DNA of 64,000 bases from Octopus bimaculoides (lineage: Eukaryota): positions 36,315,811 through 36,379,810 of the forward strand of contig NC_068988.1 in assembly GCF_001194135.2 (NCBI RefSeq). Direction: 5' to 3'. Position numbers and translations under genes: made by a program. Below the pieces are notes generated by a model. The model searched no databases and had not been told where the DNA came from. It worked only from the letters and a program-made list of their open reading frames with translations. How positions within the stretch are numbered: position 1 is the stretch's first letter; each line of letters begins with the position of its first letter. Below, one piece after another: positions 1 through 11,775 of this stretch.

Positions 1-475
1 TAAGGCCTTTACCACCTTTGATACGTTGCACATATAACTTTTATAAGTCAAATATTGAGTAGTGCATCTTAAATCCTTTCATTTTTCTTGTTTTCCTGTC
101 TATATTGATTAGTTCTTTTAGAGTTCAGTTAAGAATATTGTAGCTATAACTTATAACTGGTAAGAATCTTGTAGCTGTAACGGCTAGAGTGTTGATACCT
201 ATTATCTGTTTTTTCACGTTGTGGTCTGTTTAGACTATTAATCTAACTTGTCTATTGTATTGCTTTCTTAACTTCTCTTTCATTTATGTGTGTTGTATCG
301 TATCCAATTCATTGATTCCTAAGTATTTGTATGTCTGGCTTTGGTCTAATTATCTTATTTTATTTGCTTTATTTAATAGGATGTTACTTTTAACAAGTTT
401 TCCTCTTTTCTCGGTTGCTTTGGCACATTTTTCTAAGCCAAATTTCATTTATATTTCCTTGATAAATCCATGTAC
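1..475 (-). mobile_element. R4/Dong-like (RLE-class) non-LTR retrotransposon, RT C-terminal/thumb fragment, 5'-truncated at an (AAT)n tract
   Basis: Minus-strand translation from 448: MKFGLEKCAKATEKRGKLV...TYKYLGINE...MKEKLRKQYNRQVRLI...INTLAV...ELINIDRKTRKM...KLYVQRIKGGKGL, with several stops. Matches the R4/Dong MxFGLxKCA, YKYLG and DRKTRK...LY...GGRGL motifs. Confidence 0.85.
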
Positions 476-547
<72 letters not shown>

Positions 548-562
548 TATTATTATTAGTAT

Positions 563-597
<35 letters not shown>

Positions 598-611
598 NNN
601 NNNNNNNCGTC

Positions 612-671
<60 letters not shown>

Positions 672-735
672 TCAATAATCCTTATGATTATTATCATCAT
701 TATTATTGTTGATGATGTGTTGGTGTTGTTGATGT
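476..735. repeat. Compound trinucleotide microsatellite (ATT)n-(AGT)n, with a small gap
   Basis: Directly visible; source of the poly-I/S/V and poly-T/N ORFs 255..821 and 449..955. Confidence 0.97.
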
Positions 736-739
736 TGTT

Positions 740-1130
740 GTTTCTATTTACTTTTAATCTGCATGTTTGTTGCAAACATTGCCTCAAACCCACCCAGCGT
801 CCTAGAGCAAGTGAAGGATAGGAGATGTTACAGAATGACTGGAACCTTGCGGAGGGGAAGTGGTAGGAGCAGTAGCGAAATATCTTCATGTAATACATCA
901 CACACATTTTAACTGATAGGGTTTTTCTAAGGATGTTGACATTACTTGTCAGCACAGTCTTTTCGATTTCTCTGAGATATGGTATTCCTGGAATATTATC
1001 TTGATGTTTCTGACATCCCTTTTTATCATGTCTAGGACACCTAAAATACGAGGAAAAGTTTTTGCTTTAAAATTCCACAACTGTTGTATCTTAATTTCCA
1101 GGTCATTATATTTATTTGATTTGTCAAATT
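740..1130 (-). mobile_element. R4/Dong-like LINE 3' end: RLE endonuclease C-terminus plus 3' UTR running into the microsatellite
   Basis: Minus strand: EFDKSNKYNDLEIKIQQLWNFKAKTFPRILGVLDMIK, then after a frameshift IPGIPYLREIEKTVLTSNVNILRKTLSV. This is the typical KYxDL...LW...GALG...ILRK end of an R4 ORF. Confidence 0.85.
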
Positions 1131-1156
1131 CTTTTATATATATATATATATATATA

Positions 1157-1777
1157 GGAAGGTGAAATTTTAAGATTAAATCAAATTGCACCTGTGCCTC
1201 GGAAAATCTAATCTATGCCATTACATACTTAGGGTGCAGTAATTACTATATTGGCCAAACAGGAAAATCACTCCGTAGAAGAACTACTCTCCACAAAGAA
1301 CAAATCCGCCACCCACATTACAGACAGATACAGGTCAGTGGACACATAGAAAGGTGTGCGAGGAATCTTAATCCTAATTTCCTAATATTTCCCTTCTATC
1401 AATGTTCACAGAACACATCAACACAACAAAGAATGAATAAAGAGGCAATTTTCATTAATAAATATCTTCCTCAACTAAATATAAACACATAACATAATAT
1501 AGAACACCACTAATCTTCCATTTAATATCACTAACCCCCATATATCCCATATACCATTCACACTACAAATCCAGATCTACCCTAATTGCACCAAATCCAG
1601 AACTACTTACCTCCCTTACACATAATCTTTCTACTAAGGGACTAATAGACTTGACACCGCTCAGAATTCAGTGTATACTCAAAGCAATGACTAGTAATAT
1701 TACGAAACCGGTATGTTTGTAAATCTCTTTAACAACTCACAATAATGACTTTTATTACCTTTATTCCTATCTAATTG
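1157..1777 (+). mobile_element. Penelope-like element 3' fragment: GIY-YIG endonuclease (stop-free 1166-1492) plus tail, bounded by (TA)n on both sides
   Basis: Frame 1166-1492: NFKIKSNCTCASENLIYAITYLGCSNYYIGQTGKSLRRRTTLHKEQIRHPHYRQIQVSGHIERC...RMNKEAIFINKYLPQLNINT*. Contains LIY...YIGQT...LRxR...H and E..FI...P.LN motifs. Absent from the ORF track. Confidence 0.88.
1683..1717 (+). ncRNA. Decayed minimal type I hammerhead ribozyme in the PLE tail
   Basis: AGCA-ATGACTA-GTAATATTAC-GAAAC-CG-GTA-TGTT. Stem I AGCA/TGTT, hairpin stem II, GAAAC and palindromic stem III ACCGGT; the core has 2 mismatches to CTGANGA. Confidence 0.5.
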
Positions 1778-1946
1778 TATATATATATATAACGTTACTT
1801 TTCATAAAAAGAGTTACCATCTTTTTGATTTCCAATGTACATTTTCTCTTATTGTTCTGCTTACTTTCCCCTTACATTTCCACCTGTAGTTTCTATTTTG
1901 TTTTTTTTTAACATATTTCTATTATATATATATATATATATTTATC

Positions 1947-2068
1947 AGTGGGAGCACTTACATCTATTAGCCTACAAGCACTTTCTTCCCTGTCTTTAAT
2001 GATTATGTCTGGTAAAGTAATCTTGATCGTTCTGTCGGTGTTGACTGCTATTTCCCAGAAGATAGTAA
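1947..2068 (-). mobile_element. R4/Dong-like RLE endonuclease fragment (PD..D motif)
   Basis: Minus strand: VTIFWEIAVNTDRTIKITLPDIIIKDREESACRLIDVSAP, matching ILWD...TD......RPDI......C.LID...P. Confidence 0.75.
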
Positions 2069-2445
2069 CATGTCAGCATTTCGACCACAAGCTACAGAGA
2101 GTGATTGAATCGGTTGCTTGCAAAATCCTGTGGAATTTCCCAATTCTAATAGACCAGTTGCATTCGCACGACAACTAGTATTTAGTAGCGGTGAACAACT
2201 GTGTTCAACTGTGAAAAATGTAAAAATCGAACCCATTATCGTTGTCACCTTGGGGACTGAACAGTTTGAAAAGATAATGAGAGGAACATAAAGGAATTGG
2301 GAATAGAGTGTCAGGCTCCGCTAGAATCCCCAGGAAAGTATTACATATTTGAAGAGAACAAGTAACGTGGTACCGCAGGTTGTAGGTAGCAAACTCGCTA
2401 CTCATGCGAGATTCTAGCTGTCCCATCAAACCTTGAGATAAAAAA
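2069..2445 (+). mobile_element. R4/Dong-like LINE 3' end, internally deleted, ending in AAT/GAT/ATT repeats
   Basis: CQHFDHKLQRVIESVACKILWNFPILIDQ, then VKIEPIIVVTLG...ERNIKELGIEC; the 3' UTR ends at tgtaataatgatgatgattattatt. Confidence 0.7.
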
Positions 2446-2479
2446 TGTAATAATGATGATGATTATTATTATTATTATT

Positions 2480-3430
2480 CCCACAAAAGACACATTGGAA
2501 TGTCACAGTTGCACCCACAAATATTTAAGTAACAAGAATAAAGAGTAAATGATTGAAAAATGAAATTACTACATGGGGAATATTTCAGACAAATCGAAAG
2601 AAAAGATAATATCAACATTTGGGGATGGCTAACTAAAAGTGATCTGAAATAATGCACTGAGGCAAACATCGCTCAAGTTCCAAATGGATAAGAATAGCGA
2701 ATCATTCCCCCGTAGGATGTGCGGAAGCAAAACACGAAACAAATCTCACATATTGTGAGGGAGTATAGCCAGCTGGCCGAAATGCACTACTAAAGGAGGC
2801 ACAATGACGTAGCTAATTTTATCCGCTGGAGACTATGTGAAAAGTACGGTCTGAACAGAGCACGGAAATGGTACGAACATGAACCAGACGGAGTCACTGA
2901 GAACAAGGAATAAAAGATACTGTGGAATTTTACAATCCAATATGACTCCTTAATCAAAATTTCCGAGAGCAGATATTGTTGTGGTAGATAAAGGAAAAAA
3001 AAAAAGGAAATCAGTATTATAGATATTGCAATACCTGGGGATGAATACATAATTGACAAAAACTAGAAATGATTGAAGAATACACGAAAAAGAAATAGCA
3101 AGAATGTAGACTATGAAGAAAGTGTCTGTCACTCCAGGAGTTGTAGGGGCACTCGGGACGCTAAGAACCAAGTTCGAGAAATATGTCAGAGAAATCGGTA
3201 TTGACATAAGCGCAGAGCAAGCCCAAAAACTTGCTCTGCAGGGAACAGCTAGGATTTTGAGATTGGTATTTGCATGTTGAATGTCTCTCACGGTAATTAA
3301 ATAACCAAGTGTCAAAGCTTATAACGTGCGGAAAGAGAAACGGTGAGACCTCTAACAGCAGGCTGCAGCCCGTTGTTACATAATCAACCAGAACAAAGAA
3401 GACCGAGCGTTCTGAGAAGTAAAAAAAAAT
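2480..3430 (+). mobile_element. R4/Dong-like LINE C-terminal region (CCHC knuckle plus RLE) and 3' UTR, pseudogenised
   Basis: LHGEYFRQI...WGWLTKSDLK...CRMCGSKxET..HIV...RRHNDVANFIRWRLCEKYGLNRARKWYEHEPDGVTEN...ILWNFTIQ...RADIVVVDK...IIDIAIPGD...VVGALGTL...QKLALQGTARILRLV, with stops and frameshifts. Confidence 0.9.
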
Positions 3431-3794
3431 TATGATGGTGATGATGATGATTCCTCCTACACAGTGAAATGTCCCAGATGGATATTGAGTGAGCTGCAAA
3501 TGAAATAGTCTGGCACTCATTTACGGGTGAGTTGGGAGGATTTTTAAGTGGCTTGTTCATAGACACCACCCACTGTTCTGTGCAGTAATCGAAGTCTTGG
3601 CCTTATGATTACGATCACTCCACCTTAACCATTAGATCACACAAACAGACACTAATGTACTGATTTGAAGAAATTTAGAAGATGGGAACTAACGTATTCC
3701 ACATCAGACGCATGGCAGCTTCATACCAATATTTAAAATATTGGAGTATTCAATATATACTACTCGCAAGACATATTGAACACCATTAACTTAT

Positions 3795-3920
3795 AACTAA
3801 TTTCGGCACAAAGGATTCGGAAGTGGGATTAATAGCTGGTCATTGTTTTATCGATCCCGAAAGTTGAAAGTCAAAATAGAATTTAGCGAGATTCGAATTC
3901 ATTGGGATAACAATTACAAG
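3795..3920 (-). mobile_element. Degenerate tRNA-derived SINE (Meta-domain-like family)
   Basis: tttatcgatcccgaaagttgaaagtcaaa...gcgagattcgaattc is the reverse complement of the same family seen at 59995-60195. Confidence 0.5.
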
Positions 3921-4914
3921 GTTCACTAACGATCAAAGCGCGCGAGTAGAACTTCGTATAAGTAAAGAACAATTAAAAATTAGCAAAGCTATCTTGTTAG
4001 ATCCTTTCAATGAAGCAGAGAGTAGCGCACCAGTTTTATTCCGAGGCTCAAATTACGAGATGTGAAAGCTGTAATGAAATGCAGAAAAGCATTCTGTCTG
4101 ACGAGCTAGCGATTCTGCCGGTTTGCAAACTTACGTATCCAATATTATGAGATTATTAAACCTGTATATACTTCACACAATTAACAGCCAATAATATAAC
4201 ACAACCTAACCAAAAGGTTTTCTTTATATCGCTATTGGATTCTATGGCACAACACAGTCATACAGTGTGCAATAACTAACAAGAATTTAGACAATTTACG
4301 TTTAAATAATCGTCAAATGATAATCGAACACAACGTAATTTGTACGATTAATGAATACACTTGCTCCATTATATTTCGAGCAAAACTAAATGACAAAAAA
4401 TATATTCCTCCTGAGTTATTCTAATGTGTTATTAATGTTGTTATTCACTTTGTTAGATGTATCTAACGCTTGATATAGCTATTAGAAAGAGCAGATGTCA
4501 CTTAATATACATAGGGAAGCATTAACCTGAATTATTTATTATCGACGTTTCATTGACGGCATCATATGATGTGACGTAAATTGTCCAGCGTTTGACAGTT
4601 TCAGAAACCAATTTCATTATCGGTAATTGACAGTAGACAGATGTTTAGAGACTATGATTTCGAAAGTATAGACTCATTTGTTAGAAGATATGAGAACACA
4701 TGCAAGATGTAGGTGAGTATATGGGGTTGACTATTTAATTATATTTTACCATTTACTTGTTTCACTCGTTGGGCTACGACCATGCTTGAGTACCACATTG
4801 AATATTATACGTAAACAAATCGTAGTGAAAAATAAATTAGTACTTACTGCCTAATTCAGGTGAAGCATACAGGCTAAAGGGCGAAACGCTTATGAGCCTC
4901 CGCTACTTTCCGAT

Positions 4915-5062
4915 GATGCGTCCCCGTAACTTAGTGGTTCGGCCAAAGAATCGGCACAATAAGTACTAGGCTTACAAAGAATAAGTCTTGGGGTCGATTT
5001 GTTCGACTAAAGATGGTACTCCAGTGTAGCCGCAGTCAAATGATTGAATCAATTATAAGAAT
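4915..5062 (+). mobile_element. Octopus-type SINE with central microsatellite, 3' half
   Basis: cgtccccgtaacttagtggttcgg...aataagtactaggcttacaaagaataagtcttggggtcgatttgttcgactaaag...gcagtcaaatga; the same sequence recurs at 20432-20640, 55180-55435 and 57340-57480. Confidence 0.85.
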
Positions 5063-5064
5063 AT

Positions 5065-5167
5065 ATATTCTTTTATTTTCTGATTTGTCTTTGTCATTTG
5101 ACTGCAACCATAATGGAGCACCACCTTAAAGGATTTCAGTCGAAGAGATCGACCTCAGGGCTTATTC
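5065..5167 (-). mobile_element. Octopus-type SINE 3' end, inverted relative to the neighbouring copy
   Basis: gtcatttgactgcaaccataatggagcaccacc...gatcgacctcagggcttattc is the reverse complement of the end of the 4915-5062 copy. Confidence 0.8.
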
Positions 5168-8100
5168 TATTTCAACCATTACACACACTGATTTCTGCTG
5201 GATTATGTTGTTTCTTTTGTATACTATTGACAGTTTAGTAAAAGCTGATAAAGATTGGTCCTTTTAGCTTGTGTTTTAGATTTTAAAAAATTATGATTGT
5301 CTGGCAGAAACTATTCTTTGTTAACAGTAATTGATCCGAAGTTTTACTCGCGAAATTCATGGACTAACTCACAGATATGGTGGAAAGATTAAGTTGTTTA
5401 AATTACGGAGATTGCACAAAGCCAGGTATGGATATCACGTCGATAATTACATCAAGCCCATTATTATATTAAGTTCATACTCATGTAAGTTATATACCCA
5501 TATAAATCTTTAGTCATGCTAATACCATAGTCTATAGAATACTGCTGGTTTAGAATGTCATGTCGCATACTTATATTTGTAATTATAGATTGAGGCTCCA
5601 CCATGTGCTGAGATTCTTACTATAATACAGAATCTCTCGTTGCTATATCTTTCTTCCACATGACATTTTGACGGAACTCTAATTTCAGAACATCATTCAT
5701 CATCTTCATTACGTTGCCGAGAAATAATTCAGATACATGAAGATTTGAAGTTTGACGTAAACGTACTTACGCCCGCTCTGAAAAATTAATTAACACAATG
5801 ATTAGGATATTTGCTTTGGAAATTACACAAATACAAATGACAGGTTTGTGCATGATGAGTTCCCTGCCTAATATTAGGTGTAAAATTTGAAATCCCTAAC
5901 TTGGCAGATTTCCAATACTATTGAGATAATTTTTGACGCGAAGTACATAGATTAACAATTTTTGTGGAGTCAAAAAGAATTTAACCATTAACGGATTGTG
6001 AAGAGATCGAGTATATGAAATTAACTTCGATATGTCCATGTATCCAATTGTTCGCAATGTTCGTTATTATAATCAATCAAACTATTCCTTCAATAAAGTA
6101 TATCTAATAGATCTCCTCCACCTAGAAAAAGTCGAAATTATACTTTCTCGGGGGTCAATATAATACAATACTGGTGCAGGATGAATTTCCTTGAAACGTG
6201 ATTCGGAGGGAACCAAACGTCTCATGTAATACATATATCCAAACGAACTTGCGTTTTTCATTTGAAGTTATTGATTTTAGATTGTAGTAATTATTTTGTA
6301 TTTAAATAATTCGTGTATTTCAGAAAATTGCCTCTTAATCAACAAACGTTTTAAAATCTAATAACCATGCTGATATCTTAATTGTTGTTATGCTTTGTGG
6401 TTATTATAAAACTATATCTCAAAGTATCTAACGAAAACATGCAAATATACTTTGACAAGTAGGTTACAGAGAAGAGCCACGAACACCGTACTGAATCTGT
6501 TCTCTGTTCTGAGGGTTGAATAGAATGAGGCGATTGTTTGAAGAAACAGGGAAGAGCAGTTCCCTTTGACATATTCATGATAAGTAGAGGAAAGCAATCG
6601 CTATGCCCATTCGCATATTTGTTAACTGAAGCATAGTTTCCGCCAAGCAAACATAAAACTTTGCACTAAATCTAAACGAAAACCCATCAAATGTGATGTA
6701 CCGGTGCCAGTTACCTGTCCGCTAAATACTGCATTAGGTTCCATAGATAACAAAATGGAGTGTAATGAAGTTAGATTTGAAAAATTCGTTTAGGTGTTAA
6801 AGGTTCTGGGTGCAAATATAAAATTTTTTACGAACCAAGATTATTTTAAACAAGATCGTTTACTTAATCTTATTAAATATGAATTTATGTCTTAAGAGAT
6901 GCGACACACTTCATGATTGAAGAGAACTAAGTAGTTAACCAAAATTCCCAAGTGACTGTTAATCGACGTCTATATCTTACTTTTATTCTGCTTCAGATTT
7001 TATGGTTTGCTTTGCTATTACTAATGATGTCACAGTAGCCTAACCCTTCACAAATTATCCTCTTTTTCATATATAGTTTGATTGGCGGCATTGTGCTGGC
7101 AATTCGTAGGACGAACATCATTGGAAAGCTAGAGTATCTCAATTGTATTATAATTTAGTTAATGCTTGACAATTGTCAACTATGCGCAAATATTCGCGAT
7201 GAAGCACATGCGCTTTTAGCTTGAAACAATTCAGTAGAAGTTATTTCGATATCTCAGCTTTATTAGCATACTCACACAGTATGCAAGCAAAATTTAAGAA
7301 TTTTCATTTTATTTTACATGACAGTGACCGCAAACCATCCACTCACTGGCTGACAACGTCATTTTGTATGCCAATAAATCTCTTGCCATATCCCCCACAT
7401 ATTTTAACCAAATGAGAAATTGTTATTTCGTATGAACTTTCCATATAGAGTTTCATGAACGAAATATCGATTGAAGCAATACGTAAAATCAATTCATGGG
7501 AAATCTAGTAACATTCTAATAGATTTCCAAATGTGGTTGCGACAAACTTAAAACGCAGATATTCTATAAAAATGGTTGGGAAACTATTTGAGCAAAATTT
7601 GTTAGGTAATATCAATATATAAAAGAAAAGGGATAAGATATTTCATTACCCTTTGGAATTTGTTTCATAATGTAAAATATTTAGAGAAAGGGTCCCCGTT
7701 TTCAAAACAGAAGAACAGGAATATACAGGGAGTTTCAAGAAATGTGTTACAAGCAGGTCATTCTAGATTGTTTTGACTCGTCCCTCAAAATATTATTTTC
7801 TTCTCTCGGTACAAGGCCCGAAACTTTGGGGTAGGGTAAAGTCGATTAGGCAAGTTTCTTCTCGTGGGATTAAACCTGAAAGTACGTGGTGGCAAAGTGG
7901 ACTTCTTAAAAACACAGCCATACCCGTACTTAGTAAAATAAATTATATGTAGTGCGAGGTGTGGGGGTTCACGGCCTCATAAAAAAAGTGTCGTGCTCTA
8001 CTGACTCATTGAGTCACGCACTTACAAAGAGCCTTCTCTTATAATCTATTAAAATGAATATATGTTGTTCAAATTCGGATAAAATTCAAATACATGCGAA

Positions 8101-8571
8101 TGAAGCAGGTATTTGTTATGCGATTCGTTTTAATCAATACATAATTTTTGCATAATATATAAGCTACATTTCTGTTGGTTTTGATAAAGTTATGAAAAAT
8201 AAAAGTAGTGTGTGTCAAAAGTGAAACGTGTGTATGTGTGTGTGTGTGTGGGGGATTGTTGTCGATAGTTTTCAAGTAATTACTTTCAAATAAGGCTAAA
8301 AAGGTCAAATGACATTGAAACGTATTCTTCCTAAATAAATTATATTAACGCTAACGGATCCAGCCAGATATATATAAGCATTAAGATGCGAAAACAAATA
8401 AAACTTAAAAATAAATAAAAACATCTATACAGTTGTATATTCATACACTTAGTAATACACATACTTACATACATGTATATCATGCAGAAACAGACAATTT
8501 AAATAATACGCATATACAAATAAATGTACGTATTCCAATACATAAACATATGTAACTATTGAAACATACAA

Positions 8572-8616
<45 letters not shown>

Positions 8617-9211
8617 CAAAGTAAACAATAGATTGTACGATGCACTGAATGAATAAATCAAAGGTAGGACAGAAAGAACACAAGTGGAAATCAACAAATC
8701 ACAAGCGGAAAAATAGATGATAGCATAACAAACGGCAAACAGGGCAAAAACAAGCAACTGATTTCCTCTTCAGTCAGTGTCGCGAAAGTCCTTGCAATTT
8801 CATACTCCTTATCCGCGAGACTACTCGAATGCGGCGATTGCCGGGGATTTAAGCTAAAAGCGTTAACCCTCAGGGAAAGGGAAGTGAATGTATACAAACA
8901 CACGAATAAGAACGGAAAAAAATGAGAAAGGTAGGATTATACATGTACAAAAGAACACTGTTCGGCTATAAAACAGAATGAAAACATTTGTACATTTACG
9001 AATACAAATAAATAAATATCAGGAAGTGTCTGATGAAATAATAATGCAGGGGCAACAGAAAAAAGAATTATAAGTATACAATGGACAAACGCCTTTGGGC
9101 TATACAACAGCGTGAAGATAATTGTAAATTACAACATAAATAAATAACAAAGAGGATTTTTTGTCTATCAGACGAACGTAGTAAGTAGTAAGTTGGCTCA
9201 AAATGGAAATC

Positions 9212-9252
<41 letters not shown>

Positions 9253-9399
9253 AGCTGCGATGGGTATATTGTCGCCATTTTATATATTTAATTTTGCGCA
9301 TGAGCATTGTTTATTTTGGATTTAATCGACTACACAGTATAGTATGGTCAAATGTGCGCAGTCTGTTAGAAAAACAGCACCATAACGCAATTCACTGTA

Positions 9400-9720
9400 C
9401 CAGAAATGTTAAAAAGACATGTCATACTGCTTGGTATTCGCACCAGAAGTCCCAATACGAATAGTTCACAGTATTTGGGTGTCATTCTGAGGACATTGCG
9501 ATCTGAGGACATGTACCGAGAGTGATAAAAATCAAGATCCAGTCAACATCATGGTGTTGGAGTGATTACTAGTAATGGCGACGTTATGCTTCCATTCATC
9601 TTCCTGCAAGGTCTCGCACTCAACACGGAGATCTTCATCAATTGGCTGGAGTAGGTAGTGCTCCTGGTCAAGAGGGTTGCTATTCTTACAAAATATGAGT
9701 GCCTTATGAGGCACTCATAT
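9400..9720 (+). mobile_element. Tc1/mariner-superfamily (maT/DD37D-like) transposase relic, internally deleted
   Basis: N-terminal MLKRHVILLGIRTRSPNTN followed by PVNIMVL/GVITSNGDVMLPFIFLQGLALNTEIFINWLE*VVLLVKRVA, a catalytic-domain segment typical of this group. Confidence 0.7.
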
Positions 9721-9914
9721 TTGATAATAATAGAACTAACTTGTCCATGAAAGAAATAAGAATTATACATACGACTAGAAAAACAGTGATATTACATGAA
9801 GGTAAATGTTGGGCAAGGAAAGGTACACTGGACTGCTTCGATGTATAGATGTGCTCACAAAGCTCCGCAGAGGTAACCGACTTAGTTAGCATCTATGTAT
9901 TACATGAATTTAAA

Positions 9915-10920
9915 GAGGAATTTTCTGAATTGGAAGGCGGATTATACCACGACGACGCCGTATTCTTAGCAAGGAACATTTCAAACAGAAAATTGTAAAA
10001 TTACAAAAGAAGACTACATACATTTTTTTAAGAAACTTCAACATTAATACTTCTATTTACCAAACATATCATAAACTTAACACCATCATCATATATCCAA
10101 AAATGCAAACACTAACCATCTACATAATACTATAGCAAACCCTAGTACAAACATAGAAAAACGAATCAATTACCTATCTTCTAACGGAGAAGAATTTGAT
10201 AAGCACTAAGACTATTACAATATAGCACTTAAGAAAGTATGAAATTAAGTACAATAGTAACTGCAACATTACTAAGAATCATATTAAAAATAATAACAAA
10301 TAATAGTGTTATGACTTGAGACTTAGACACCTATAAATAAACAGTATATCCTCATAAGGAAAAAATAAAAAGTCTTAACAATAATCATAAATATAGCAAA
10401 CATATTAAGCAGGCCAATTATAATAATGAAAAAGTTAAACTACAGCATGATGAACATTATACCAGAAACAAAATTGAACAAGAAACATAATAATTATTAC
10501 CATTCTTCTAATCATACAAAAGACAATAACCCGAAAAATAATGCTTTCGTAAATAACAACTATATAAATAAATATAAGAATAAAAACATAAAGCTAAGTA
10601 AAAAGAAAAATATGAATAGCCAGAGTACGACTATTAACAATAACGATAAGAATAATCACAACAATAAAATTAGTAATGATAACAAAAACATAGTAAAAAC
10701 ATTAGTAAAAAAGAAATCAATACCATGTGTGAGAAAAAAATGATATTCAGACTCCAAATCAATGTTCAACCAAGGCAGACACATATAAAATCACATGGAT
10801 AATATTACATTTCGCTACATATTTAAAGGCAAACTTTATAAAATCTATAAGAAAGATTATTAATAAAAACACTAGTTACGCAAATATATGTAATAATAAA
10901 CATATCAAATTCGAGTTTTC
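9915..10920 (+). mobile_element. Penelope-like element relic (RT GLYxDD motif, thumb, expanded Asn/Lys-rich linker)
   Basis: FSELEGGLYHDDAVFLARN; EKRINYLSSNGEEFDKAL..YYNIALKK; then about 480 bp of AAT/AAC-rich linker (ORF 10426..10743) and a FKGKLYKIYKK...TSYANI segment. Confidence 0.7.
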
Positions 10921-11049
10921 AGTTTCTCCAAACCTCTTCAGGATAAAATCTTCATTTAAAAATAGAAAATAGGAAACTACATTTATTTTCTGAAAATAAA
11001 TAAAAACACAAGCGTATGTGTATGTGCATATAGGTCTAGGTATGTGTAT

Positions 11050-11500
11050 TTATCTCATCTCATCTAGGTCGTCCCATAGGACGCCCGTATGAGAGGTTTC
11101 GGTTAGAAGACAGAAGATGCTGCTACACGTGGTCTCGCAGTTTCCATCTAACCAAGAATATTAGGGACTAAATTATTGTCTTGTATTCAAGATGCTCTGC
11201 ATGACATCCTGCTAGTTCAAAACTAGGAATCTGATCTGGTAGGTCCTACCTATAATTAAATGCACGCCCTGCTGCCGACGCTTCAATTTATTGTCGTTAA
11301 GGTTTTGTCTGTCTCCTACCCTTCGACCTGTCTGGGCTAGTAAGACATGCCTGAAGATTTCTCTACGTCCACCATAGCCCTCCAGGTCTTATTTTTCGTC
11401 CCACAGGGTGTCCACTAGTCGCCCTCCTCACCAAGCAAGCTTGATGGGGTTGCAAGTTTAGTCGCCGACGATTGACCATGCGACAGACTATATTGGATTA
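11050..11500 (-). mobile_element. Possible LINE (RTE-like) 5' region relic
   Basis: Higher-GC, non-repetitive segment resembling RTE 5' UTRs by recollection only; no protein motif read. Confidence 0.25.
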
Positions 11501-11554
11501 CATGTTACCGATAGCGCTCAAGAGCGACCTGACTTACGTATGGATATATATATG

Positions 11555-11555
11555 A

Positions 11556-11605
<50 letters not shown>

Positions 11606-11684
11606 TTAGGTGTGTATGTGTGTTTATAGGTATGTATTCAAGTATGTTTTTACTTGTGCTCTTATGTGTATTCATATAAATAAT

Positions 11685-11746
<62 letters not shown>

Positions 11747-11775
11747 ATGTGTGTGTGTGTGTGTGTATATATGAT
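11555..11775. repeat. Compound (TG)n/(CA)n/(TA)n microsatellite
   Basis: Directly visible. Confidence 0.95.

Noticed and set aside
255-955. Long ORFs 255..821 and 449..955
   Set aside because: They are readings of (ATT)n/(AGT)n microsatellites and antisense LINE sequence, not genes.
4855-4900. GGGCGAAACGCTTATGAG hammerhead-like fragment
   Set aside because: No convincing CUGANGA or stem II.
8691-8903. Minus-strand 70-aa ORF and CTGAAGAGGAAATCAG motif
   Set aside because: No room for stem II and no stem III/NUH, so not a hammerhead; the ORF has no recognisable features.
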